From: an uncultured Armatimonadetes bacterium
GTDB lineage: Bacteria; Armatimonadota; Hebobacteria; Hebobacterales; Hebobacteraceae
Length of the DNA stretch: 64,000 nt
Reading direction: 5' to 3'
Assembly (NCBI GenBank): GCA_963716175.1
Contig: OY970296.1
Coordinates: forward strand, 1,984,001 to 2,048,000
The notes beneath the pieces were generated by a model that saw nothing but the letters and a program-made list of their open reading frames with translations, ran no database searches and was not told the origin of the DNA. Of this stretch, positions 42,284 through 51,760 are shown in pieces. How positions within the stretch are numbered: the stretch's first letter is position 1; the number at the start of each line of letters is the position of its first letter. The translations under genes were made by a program, and so were the position numbers.

Positions 42284-42462
42284 TGCGGACCGGATACAGA
42301 TGCAAGAGCAGCAGGGAAGCCCTGGGCTCAGCAGAAGCGAAGCCCCCGTCTGGGCACGGGTGACCGCGGCGTGTGGTCTGCCTTGGCGCGGGATTCCAGC
42401 CCGGCATCAGGAGGGGCTTCCTCCCAGCAATCAGTGCTCAGGAGAATGAGGAGGGTGTACAG

Positions 42463-42954
42463 ATGAAAGGGCTACGTTCGGTCGCGTTGGTGCTTGGGCT
42501 GGCCGCCGCTTTGGCGGCCCCGGCCCTGTCCGGTCAGCGGGGTGGTGGCGGCCGTCGGGGCGGAGGTGGTGGACAGGGCGGTAGCATGAAGGCCCTGCTC
42601 GACCGCCTTGGGTTCACCGAGCAGGAGCTGGCCGCGGTGCAGAAGAGCATGGAGGCCAAGTCCAAGGCTCATCAGACACTCGAGGACGAACTCGGTAAGT
42701 TGCGCGAGGTCGCTGGCAATGACAAGTCCACCGACCAGCAGCTGCGTCGGGCCATCGACAGCTACACCGAGGCCCTGGCGCGATACCGGGAGACAGTGCG
42801 GACCGAGGATCGCTCCCTCTCAGGCCGGCTCTCAGTAAGGAGCCGGGCGCGCTGCCTGGCAGCCGGGGCCCTTGACAACGGACTTGGCATGGGTGGAGGA
42901 GGGCGCGGCGGTGGGGGCGGAAGGCGTGGAGGTGGGGGCGGACGGCGGCCCTAG
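42463..42954 (+). CDS. Small secreted helical protein with Gly/Arg-rich ends
   Basis: GAGGAGG RBS, signal peptide, helical core. Confidence 0.7.
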   Translation: MKGLRSVALVLGLAAALAAPALSGQRGGGGRRGGGGGQGGSMKALLDRLGFTEQELAAVQKSMEAKSKAHQTLEDELGKLREVAGNDKSTDQQLRRAIDSYTEALARYRETVRTEDRSLSGRLSVRSRARCLAAGALDNGLGMGGGGRGGGGGRRGGGGGRRP

Positions 42955-43024
42955 CCCGCTCCTCCAAGAGCCAGCCTGAAGGCGACTGCCGAGCCGACGG
43001 GGTGAACGACTGGAGAGCCGTGGC

Positions 43025-43095
43025 AGCCGGCCTGAGGGCACCCCCGACTCCGGTTATCCCCTTGGTTTGGGGTCAGTGTAGGTGGTTTCGTCGCG
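43025..43095 (+). repeat. Repeat R14 (last copy; tail to about 43190)
   Basis: AGCCGGCCTGAGGGCACCCCCGACTCCGGTTATCCCCTTGGTTTGGGGTCAGTG...TTTCGTCGCG. Confidence 0.85.
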
Positions 43096-43152
43096 GAGGC
43101 GGTGGCGTAGCAGTAGCGGGCGCGGTCTGGTACCGAAGCTGCCGCGGGGTAG

Positions 43153-43485
43153 GTGCCCGGTCATACCGGACCGATGGCGGTAGCCGTCCTTGCGCCGGAG
43201 CCAGATGAGTTTCTGGACACCACGCGCTTCTCGGTACGCGGCATTGCGCTGTTGGTGAATCGGTATCTGCGGGCGGCCGGCATCACCGATCGCTCCGGCC
43301 CCCACCTGCTGCGCCACACCTTCGCCACCCACGCCCTGCGCGCCCGGCCCAATCTCCGGGCGGTGCAGGAACTGCTGGGCCACGCCTGGGTGACCACCAC
43401 CCAGCGCTACACCCATCTGGAGGTCGAGGATCTACAGGCTCAGGTCGCTGATCTGCCGGCGAACCAGATCCACAGCGCCTCCTAG
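43153..43485 (+). pseudogene. C-terminal fragment of a XerC/XerD-like tyrosine recombinase
   Basis: [12 protein letters not shown]...[10 protein letters not shown]...TTQRYTH (H-x-x-R, H and Y catalytic residues); N-terminal domain and first Arg are absent. Confidence 0.88.
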
Positions 43486-43787
43486 TCAAAGGTGAGTGCC
43501 GACCGAGTCTCGTTCCTCCCCCTGTGACGCAGGTGGACAGCCGGCCAACCTGCCCATTGCCCTTCTAGCCACTGGGTGGTAGACTGGCCGGCGTTGAGCT
43601 GGCTTCTCCGCGGCGTTGGAGAGCCACGCCCTATGAGCGGGGGCGACCAGGCCGAGTCCCCTTCCGCCCACAACCGCGTTCCTGCGCCAGATGGGCCCAT
43701 CGCATCCCTACGCAGCCCAAACGCACCACCCTCTCATGCCCACCGACGCAGCTCATGGCTTGGCCATGCCGTGAAGGAGGCGTGAGG

Positions 43788-46265
43788 ATGAAGTGGACAT
43801 GGTGGCTCGGTGTTGGGCAGGAGCGCAACTCCTGCCATCTGGCCTGCCTGCTGCTTCTCGCCTGGGCCATAGGCTGGACCACTGGCGCAAGCTCACTCGC
43901 TCGTGCCGAGGACATCCGGTTTGGCAACTCCCTCATCTCCGTCACCTTCGACACCGACTCCGCGCTCTTCACCGTCACCGACCTACGCAACGGGCTGGTA
44001 TACGAGCAGGACGGGTCCTTCGGTGTCCCTGTCCTGACTGAATCGCAGGCGGGGGCCGACGGCGCGAGCATGACGGCCAGTCTGTGGGACGGGTACACTC
44101 AGCTTCAGCTCCAGCTCCACGCGGTGACCCCGCCCGGCGTGCCCGAGGTTCGCTGCGAGATCGCCAGCACAGGCCCACTGGAAGCCAGCTGGCTGCCCTA
44201 CCCTGCGCCCTTCGCATCGCAGGCTGGGGATTTCCTGGTCGTGCCCCTGGGCGAGGGGATCATGTATCCCGCGGATGACACCTCCGTCGAGGAGCAGGAC
44301 TTCGCGCTCCACTGCGGATGGAAGATGTCCATGCCCTGGTGCGGCCTCTGCCGCGGCGAGAATGGACCGGGGGCGATGACGATCATCGAGACGCCCGATG
44401 ACGCATGCCTCATGATGAATCGAGCATCCAGCGGCCGGCTTGAGGTGCGCCCTGTTTGGTTCGCCTCCCGCGGGGACTTCTCGTATACCCGGACCCTCAG
44501 GTACGTCTTCACGACCGCGGGCGGCTACGTGTCCCAGGCGAAGCGTTACCGCCAGCACGCCCAGGAGACAGGGTTGTTCAAGTCCCTCGCCGAGAAGCGC
44601 GCCGAGAACCCGAACGTGGACCTGCTGATCGGCGCGGCGAATGTGTGGACGCTCGGGGGCGACTGGGATACGGTTGCCACCACGAAGGAGCTGCAGTCGC
44701 TCGGCATGGAGCGGATCCTCTACAGCGCGGGCTACTGGCCGGCGACGATACCCACCCTCAACGCTATGCCTGGGGTGCTCACCGGCATCTACGACATCTA
44801 CCAGGACGTGTGGCCGCCTGACCAGCCGTCCTGGGCGGCCCACGAGGGTTGGCCGGAAGACCTCGTGTGGGGGCCTGATCTCCAGCCCGTCCAGGGATGG
44901 GTGATCATTGACGGTGACAACAGCTATCCGGGCGGCGTGGTCTGCACGAAGCAGCAGATCGCCCATGCCCAGGCCCGGATCCCAGCAGACCTGGCCGCGA
45001 CCCCCTACCGCGCCCGGTTCATAGATACCACCTGCGCCTCTCCCTGGCGCGAGTGCTACAACCCCGACCATCCGGTGTCCCGGAGCGAGGACCGCTCCTG
45101 GCGGATGGAGCTGCTTCGTTACACCTCCGAGGACATGGGGATGGTGACGGGGACCGAGAGCGGCATCGATCCCTCCGTACCCTATACTGATTACTATGAG
45201 GGTATGCTCTCGCTGGGTCCCTATCGAGTCCCGAATGCGGGATATAACATGTGGGACTACGCCCCGCCTACGCCGGAGCTCCTGAAGTACCAGGTGGGGC
45301 CGTACTACCGCGTGCCTCTCTGGGAACTGGTCTATCACGACTGCACGGTCGCGATGTGGTACTGGGGAGACTCGTCCAACAAGATCCCTGAAGTATGGGA
45401 CCAGCGGGACCTGATCAATGTGCTGTATGGAACGCCGCCGCTGTTCATGATGACCCCTGAGATACTGAGCACATATAAGACCAGATTCGTGCAGTCCTAT
45501 CGCGCGACCTGTCCGGCCGCGCGTACGCTGGGCTATGAGCAGATGGTGTCGCACGAGTTCCTCACTCAGGATCACACGCTACAGCGCAGCACGTGGGCCA
45601 ACGGCACCACCATCACCGTGAACTTCGCCGATACCGCGCAGGCGCTGCCGGAAGGCGGCACCATCGGTCCGAAGGCATACGTGGTGCGAGCGACGGTCTT
45701 CTTCGATACCCCCTCCGACTTCTGGGCCTATGCTCACATCACCGCCTGCGCGGCGGCCGGCATCGTGAAGGGCTACTCCGACGGCCTGTACCATCCTGAG
45801 TATCCGGTCACCCGCGACCAGATGGCGGTCTACATCGCCCGCAGCCTGGTGGGTCCCTCTGGTGATGCCGCCATCCCCGACCCAACACCCCCTCCCAGCT
45901 TCTCCGATGTTCCCTCCACCCATTGGGCCTACGAGCACATCGAGTACGCGGTCAGCCAGAACGTGGTCAAGGGCTATGACGACGGCACTTACAAGCCGGA
46001 CCTGGTGGTGGACCGGGGCCAGATGGCGGCGTTCGTCGCCCGTGCCATGGTCACCCCCAGCGGCGACGTCGGCATCCCCGACCCAGTGCCTCCAGCCACC
46101 TTCTCCGACGTGCCCAGCGACTTCTGGGCCTACAAGCAGGTGGAGTACTGCGTCGGGCAGGGAGTGGTGAAGGGCTACGACGACGGGCTGTACCATCCGG
46201 AGTGGGTGGTGACGCGAGACCAGATGGCAGTGTACATCTGCCGGGCATTCCAGTTGCCGATGTAG
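43788..46265 (+). CDS. Glycoside hydrolase (GH101/GH129-like) with three SLH domains
   Basis: YDIYQD, FIDT, GTE and PLWELVYHD motifs; C-terminal FSDVP...GY.DG.Y.P...VTRDQMA x3. Confidence 0.75.
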   Translation: MKWTWWLGVGQERNSCHLACLLLLAWAIGWTTGASSLARAEDIRFGNSLISVTFDTDSALFTVTDLRNGLVYEQDGSFGVPVLTESQAGADGASMTASLWDGYTQLQLQLHAVTPPGVPEVRCEIASTGPLEASWLPYPAPFASQAGDFLVVPLGEGIMYPADDTSVEEQDFALHCGWKMSMPWCGLCRGENGPGAMTIIETPDDACLMMNRASSGRLEVRPVWFASRGDFSYTRTLRYVFTTAGGYVSQAKRYRQHAQETGLFKSLAEKRAENPNVDLLIGAANVWTLGGDWDTVATTKELQSLGMERILYSAGYWPATIPTLNAMPGVLTGIYDIYQDVWPPDQPSWAAHEGWPEDLVWGPDLQPVQGWVIIDGDNSYPGGVVCTKQQIAHAQARIPADLAATPYRARFIDTTCASPWRECYNPDHPVSRSEDRSWRMELLRYTSEDMGMVTGTESGIDPSVPYTDYYEGMLSLGPYRVPNAGYNMWDYAPPTPELLKYQVGPYYRVPLWELVYHDCTVAMWYWGDSSNKIPEVWDQRDLINVLYGTPPLFMMTPEILSTYKTRFVQSYRATCPAARTLGYEQMVSHEFLTQDHTLQRSTWANGTTITVNFADTAQALPEGGTIGPKAYVVRATVFFDTPSDFWAYAHITACAAAGIVKGYSDGLYHPEYPVTRDQMAVYIARSLVGPSGDAAIPDPTPPPSFSDVPSTHWAYEHIEYAVSQNVVKGYDDGTYKPDLVVDRGQMAAFVARAMVTPSGDVGIPDPVPPATFSDVPSDFWAYKQVEYCVGQGVVKGYDDGLYHPEWVVTRDQMAVYICRAFQLPM

Positions 46266-46314
46266 GCGGCCGCGGCGGGATGACGAGCGCCCCAAAACAC
46301 TGAGACGGAGGTGT

Positions 46315-47562
46315 GTGATGACAGTCTCGAACTGGTTGCAGAGGCATGCGGTCATTCTCGCGGTTATGGCAGGTGGTCTACTCGTGGCCCCGCAGGCGAG
46401 GGCGAGCGCCGCCACAGGGCAGCACCCGAAGGTCGAAGGGCCCGTTGCTGTTCTTCCTCTGGTATCCTGGGAGCACCCGTACCGGGTCACGGGCCTGCCC
46501 GCCGAGCGCAGGACGTGGCAGGATGACGTAGACGAAGTCGCTCAGTTCATGTACTACCACTATGTTTGGGAGAAGAAACCGCGGCCCGAGCCTGGGCCGA
46601 TTTCGGCCGTCTGGATGGATGTGGCGCAGATCCCCGGCGACCTGATACACGCGCAGGGGATCGAGCTCGTTACGAGGGAGAAACTTGATGCTGCCATTTC
46701 CCAGTACATGCCGGCGCTCTGGGACCTGGATAACAGGACGCCCGAGAAGATCGCCGCTCTCGCGGCTGGCACGGGTGCTCAACATGTCATCATGGTCGAA
46801 CTCCTACCATCGAGGTTCTCCGTCCGCATGAACTTCGGCGACTGGCTCACCTTCCAAGCGGCAGCGCCTCAACTGGTGCACGTGGTCGCGAGAGTCGAGG
46901 TCTATGACCGCGCGGGCCGGTCGGAATCCGCGTGTGCAGCGGTCGGACAGGCCAAGAGGGACGCAGAGGTCGATGCCTGGCGCAGCGCTATCTGGCAGGC
47001 CCTCACGCCTTGGCTGGGTCTTCCCATGGACACTCCGCTGCCCCCGGGGCCTGAGCGCTCCGACCCGGATGCGGGAGGCATAGTATATGGACCAGAGAAG
47101 CTCGCCCGCCTCGATCCAGTGCTAGTTGCGCGCGGGACCAAGGTGGGGATCGCCGTTTTCTCCGTGAACCCTGATCAGCACAACTGGAACGCGAAAAAGT
47201 TCACCGGCAGGTTGCCGGGAAGACTCGCCGACTACTGGAGGAGCCGGGGGCTGTCGGTTGTAGAGCTGCCGTCACCCGTGGCGGGCGCTCGCGAGCTCGG
47301 CAGCACATCTGCCGAACACCGGACCGCGGCCAGACTTGCGGATCTGGGCAGGTCTCGCGGCGTATCAACCGTAGTGTGCGCCGAAGTGCTCGGCGCGTAT
47401 AGCTTCAACCCGAAGAAGGGAAGGGCATCAGGTCCCTACTACGTCGTTCTGGCGACTGTCGTGGACGTGGCCTCGGGCAACTCGGCCAAGCGCGTCGCCG
47501 GGACCGAGGAACGAGGCGCCTCCATCGAAGAACAAATCTACAGTCTCCTCAGAGTGGAGTAG
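46315..47562 (+). CDS. Hypothetical secreted protein
   Basis: GGAGGT RBS, signal peptide, 415-aa ORF. Confidence 0.65.
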   Translation: MMTVSNWLQRHAVILAVMAGGLLVAPQARASAATGQHPKVEGPVAVLPLVSWEHPYRVTGLPAERRTWQDDVDEVAQFMYYHYVWEKKPRPEPGPISAVWMDVAQIPGDLIHAQGIELVTREKLDAAISQYMPALWDLDNRTPEKIAALAAGTGAQHVIMVELLPSRFSVRMNFGDWLTFQAAAPQLVHVVARVEVYDRAGRSESACAAVGQAKRDAEVDAWRSAIWQALTPWLGLPMDTPLPPGPERSDPDAGGIVYGPEKLARLDPVLVARGTKVGIAVFSVNPDQHNWNAKKFTGRLPGRLADYWRSRGLSVVELPSPVAGARELGSTSAEHRTAARLADLGRSRGVSTVVCAEVLGAYSFNPKKGRASGPYYVVLATVVDVASGNSAKRVAGTEERGASIEEQIYSLLRVE

Positions 47563-47683
47563 CCGGGCCAGAAACAGAGAGATCTCCTCTCCGGGGAAGG
47601 GACGGCTAGTTGATATGGGGGATCCTGACTCAGTTGACGCTGACGCTGGCACCCCATCCGAATAGCCGCATGGAGGTCAAGCG

Positions 47684-48675
47684 ATGACAGGCTGGCAGAG
47701 AGTCTGTGTTGTGACCGTAATGCTCGTCCTGGTGGTCTCCGCTGTCTGGGCGGCGGAGAGGCCGGCGGAGCGCGTTTCCCCGCGCCCCAGGTGAACCCCG
47801 CGGCCGTGGTATGGCGGACACCCGAACCGCCACCTGACGCGCAGGCTGGTGATGTCTGGGTCAGCCCGAAGGACGGGGCGGAGATGGTGTACGTGCCCGC
47901 GGGGGAGTTCACGATAGGCAGCACGGACGCCGAGATTGCGGCCCTGCTGAAGGCGTACCCCAATGCGAAGGCGGGGTTGTTTGCCGACGAGCAGCCGCAG
48001 TTCCTCGCCCACCTTCCCGGCTACTGGATAGACAAGTGTGAGGTAACGGTGGCCCGCTACAGGAAGTTCTGCAAGGAGACGGGGCGGGAGATGCCGCCCG
48101 CGCCGCAGTGGGGCTGGCAGGACGATCATCCCATCGTCTTTGTCACCTGGGACGATGCTGCGGCCTATGCCAAGTGGGCGGGGAAGCGGCTGCCGACGGA
48201 GCTGGAGTGGGAGAAGGCGGCCCGGGGCACCGACGGGCGCAAGTATCCCTGGGGGAGCCAGTGGCCGCCTCCTGCCGGCAGCGGGAACTTCGCCGACGAG
48301 GCATTCACGCGGAAGGAGCCTGATCTCGCCCGCTTCTTCGCCGGGCTGGGCACCCCTCCGTTGAGCGGCTACGATGACGGGTACGCGTGGACCGCTCCGG
48401 TGGGGAAGTTCCCAGGTGGGGTCAGCCCGTTCGGGGCCCTAGACATGGCGGGGAACGTGTGGGAATGGTGTGCGGACTGGTATGACAAGGATGCGTACAA
48501 GCGCTACGCGAAGGGAAACCTCACACCTCCCGCAAGTGGAACCTTCATGGTGCTTCGGGGCGGGCACTGGCTCCCCGGCGCTCCGGCGTTCTTCCGATGT
48601 GCCCGCCGCAGTAACGACGCCCCCGGTGCCCGCGGCAGCGGCTTCGGCTTCCGTTGTGTGCGAGGACCCGGATGA
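47684..48675 (+). CDS. FGE-sulfatase/SUMF1-domain protein; signal peptide (47684) is out of frame with the domain (47791-48675)
   Basis: RLPTELEWEKAARG, DMAGNVWEW and GFRCV motifs; upstream RBS and MTGWQRVCVVTVMLVLVVSAVWA in another frame. Confidence 0.85.
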
Positions 48676-49014
48676 AGGTGTGCGTGTTAAGTGGGCGTGG
48701 GACACCGGTTTGGGTGCCAGGACCAGCGGCATCACCTCGTGAGCAGCAGTACGACGACCGCGAGAGCGCAGAAGACGGGACGGGGCCGAGTCATCGAGGC
48801 GTGCGGTGGCGCGGAAGAGGTCACGAAGGCCCGCCGGCACGCGCTCGACGCGGAACCGAAGCGTATTCGATTGGCGAGTGGTTCAGGCGGCGAGCCGGTA
48901 GGCGGTGAGGCGGGTGCGGGCGAAGACGCGGCGCTCGATGTTCAACGGGAGTGTCTTCGCCGACTTCTCCAGCTTGGTCCACCGCCCGCCACAATGGGTC
49001 ATGCCAGCCATCGG

Positions 49015-49131
49015 ACGAGAGAGCATGTTTCGGGACTGGTATGTCCTAAGCAAACGTTACTCAGGATCGAACCCTCGGACCTCGTCCACATCTGGAGACG
49101 GTTAGATCCCGGGTAGCGCTTCCTCCACCAT
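49015..49131 (+). repeat. 88-bp perfect direct repeat (49044-49131), copy 2
   Basis: Identical to 5564-5651. Confidence 0.9.
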
Positions 49132-49434
49132 TCATCGGCGGTCGAAACGCCAATCCGCCGTTCTCTCGATCCTCGCGCCGTCGCGTGTTGCCGCCCGTTC
49201 TGGCACCTGTTGCATATTCCGACCGAAACCGGCCGGCCATTCCGATTGAATCCGGCCACTGATTCCGATCCAATCCGGCCACCGATTCCGGGGGAAAGCG
49301 GCCACCCATTCCGGGCGAATCCGCCCGAGGCGGACAAGTCCGGCCAGGGCTGGAGTGAGGCGCGACGCGGGATAATCGACCAAGCGTAGGGTAAGCTGGA
49401 CCTCTTTGGTTGGCATGAAGACCAGGAGGTGCAG

Positions 49435-51015
49435 ATGCCCAGGGAGCGATTATCCATGCGTACCATCAGAGAAGTGCTGCGGCTGCGCTGGGAGGCGGGG
49501 CTGTCGCAGCGAGAGATCGGCATCAGCTGTCGGCTGGGCCGGAGCACGGTGCGGGACTACCTGCTGCGGGCGGAGGCGGCGGGGCTGAGCTGGCCCCTGC
49601 CCGAAGGGGTAGACGAAGAGGCGCTGGAGCGGCTGCTCTTCCCACCTCCGCCTGACGCGGTGCGTCACCGTCCCCTGCCGGACTGGGCGGCGCTGCATCA
49701 GGAGCTGCGGCGCAAGGGGATGACCCTGGGGCTGCTCTGGCAAGAGTATCGGGCAGCGCACCCGGATGGCTACGGCTACAGCCAATTCTGCGCCCGCTAT
49801 CATCAGTGGGCCAATACCCTGGAGCCGGTGCTGCGTCAGCACTATGTGGCCGGCGAGAAGCTGCTGGTGGACTACGCCGGTCAGACTGTGCCCGTGGTCG
49901 ACCGGCATACCGGGGAGGTGCGCCAGGCGCAGATCTTCGTCGCCGTGCTGGGGGCGAGCAATTACACCTATGTCGAAGCCACCTGGACCCAGGGGCTGGC
50001 GGACTGGATCGGCTCGCACCGGCGCTGCCTGGAATTCCTGGGCGGGGTGCCGGCGCTGATCATCCCGGATAACATCAAGTCCGGCGTCACCTCCCCCTGT
50101 TTCTACGATCCCGATCTCAACCGGACCTACCAGAAGCTGGCGGAGCACTACGGCGCCGCCGTAGTGCCGGCCAGAATCCGCCGTCCCCGCGACAAGGCCA
50201 AAGCCGAAGCTGGCGTCCAGGGAGCAGAGCGCTGGATACTGGCGCGGCTGCGGCATCGGCGCTTCTTCTCCTTGGGGGAGCTGAACGAAGCCCTCCGGGA
50301 GCTGCTGGCGGAGTACAATCGCCGCCCCTTCCAGAAGCTGGAGGGCTGCCGGGAATCGCTCTTCCTCACTCTCGATCGGCCCGCCCTCCGGCCCCTGCCC
50401 GCGCACCCCTACGAGTACGCCCAGTGGAAGAAAGCGAGGGTCAACATCGACTACCATGTGGAGGTGGATCGGCACTGGTACTCGGTGCCCCATACCCTGA
50501 TCCGCCAGCAAGTGGAGGTGTGCCTGAGCGCCCGCACCGTGGAGATCCTCCACAAAGGCAGGCGGGTGGCCTCTCACCTGCGCTCATTCCAACAGGGCCG
50601 GCACACCACGGTGCTGGAGCACATGCCCCGCCACCACCGGGAGTATGTGCAGTGGAGTCCCGAGCGCCTGATCCGCTGGGCCGAGCAGACTGGCCCTGCC
50701 GCCACTCAGGCGGTGGAGCGGATACTGGCCTCCCGCGCTCACCCCGTCCAGGGCTACCGGGCCTGTCTGGGCATCCTGCGGCTCGGCCGACAGCACGGAG
50801 CGGCACGGCTGGAGGCGGCCTGTGTCCGCGCCCTGGTGCTAAACGCGCTCAGCTACAAGAGCATTGACTCCATCCTCAAACACGGGCTGGAGAGCCAGCC
50901 TCTACCCACGGCCACTGCTCCGCACGCACCGATTCGGCACGCCCATATCCGGGGCGCGCAGTACTACTATCCCGAGGAGGATACCACCCATGCTGCATCA
51001 GCCGACGCTGGATAA
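49435..51015 (+). CDS. istA: IS21 transposase IstA
   Basis: GEKLLVDYAG, PDNIKSGV and PRDKAKAE motifs. Confidence 0.95.
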   Translation: MPRERLSMRTIREVLRLRWEAGLSQREIGISCRLGRSTVRDYLLRAEAAGLSWPLPEGVDEEALERLLFPPPPDAVRHRPLPDWAALHQELRRKGMTLGLLWQEYRAAHPDGYGYSQFCARYHQWANTLEPVLRQHYVAGEKLLVDYAGQTVPVVDRHTGEVRQAQIFVAVLGASNYTYVEATWTQGLADWIGSHRRCLEFLGGVPALIIPDNIKSGVTSPCFYDPDLNRTYQKLAEHYGAAVVPARIRRPRDKAKAEAGVQGAERWILARLRHRRFFSLGELNEALRELLAEYNRRPFQKLEGCRESLFLTLDRPALRPLPAHPYEYAQWKKARVNIDYHVEVDRHWYSVPHTLIRQQVEVCLSARTVEILHKGRRVASHLRSFQQGRHTTVLEHMPRHHREYVQWSPERLIRWAEQTGPAATQAVERILASRAHPVQGYRACLGILRLGRQHGAARLEAACVRALVLNALSYKSIDSILKHGLESQPLPTATAPHAPIRHAHIRGAQYYYPEEDTTHAASADAG

Positions 51016-51760
51016 ACTGCAGGAGCTGAAGCTCGCCGGAATGCTGCGCGCCTACCAGGAACAGGAGCAGCTCCCTGATTGTCAGGCCTTGAGCTTCGAG
51101 GAGCGGCTCGGACTGCTGGTGGATCGCGAGCTTACCGAGCGGGCCAACCGAAGACTGGCCATGCGCCTGCGCTTCGCCCGGCTTCGTCAGGAAGCATGCC
51201 TGGAAGACATCGACTTCCGCCACCCCCGGGGGCTGGATCGCTCCGTGCTGCTGTCCCTGGCCGACTGCCGCTGGATCGCCCACCACGATAACTGTGTGAT
51301 CGTGGGACCGACCGGGGCCGGGAAGACCTACGTCGCTTGCGCGCTGGCCCAGCAAGCCTGTCGGGAGGGCTACTCCGTGCGCTATCTGCGCTTACCGCGG
51401 CTGCTCTCCGAGCTGGCCATCGCCCGCGGCGACGGCCGCTATCCCAGAGTGCTGGTCTCCCTGGTCCGGATGGATCTGATCGTGCTCGACGACTGGGGCA
51501 CCGCCGCCCTGGCCCCGGAGCAGTGTCGGGAACTGCTGGAGATCCTGGAGGACCGCTACCAGCGCCGATCCACCCTGGTCGCCTCTCAACTGCCGGTCGC
51601 CAACTGGCACGAGTACCTGGGCGACCCCACCCTCGCTGACGCCATCCTGGACCGGCTGGTCCACAACGCCCACACCATCACCCTGAAAGGGGAGTCCATG
51701 CGAAAACGCAATAAGCCCTTGCCGACGAGCGAGAAAACGGGTACAACAGGGACCAAGTGA
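50990..51760 (+). CDS. istB: IS21 helper ATPase IstB
   Basis: GPTGAGKT, LDDWG and ADAILDRLVHNAH motifs. Confidence 0.95.
   Translation: MLHQPTLDKLQELKLAGMLRAYQEQEQLPDCQALSFEERLGLLVDRELTERANRRLAMRLRFARLRQEACLEDIDFRHPRGLDRSVLLSLADCRWIAHHDNCVIVGPTGAGKTYVACALAQQACREGYSVRYLRLPRLLSELAIARGDGRYPRVLVSLVRMDLIVLDDWGTAALAPEQCRELLEILEDRYQRRSTLVASQLPVANWHEYLGDPTLADAILDRLVHNAHTITLKGESMRKRNKPLPTSEKTGTTGTK

Noticed and set aside
5856-43095. CRISPR array interpretation of the ~35-bp core repeat
   Set aside because: Intervals are 0.4-8 kb and contain genes, the repeats are degenerate, and there are no cas genes
5856-43485. Canonical integron (attC plus intI)
   Set aside because: No RYYYAAC...GTTRRRY box pair is evident and the recombinase fragment is Xer-like; only the architecture is similar
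47791-48675. DGR target, since FGE/C-type lectin folds are common DGR targets
   Set aside because: No reverse transcriptase and no template repeat of the 3' end seen in the window
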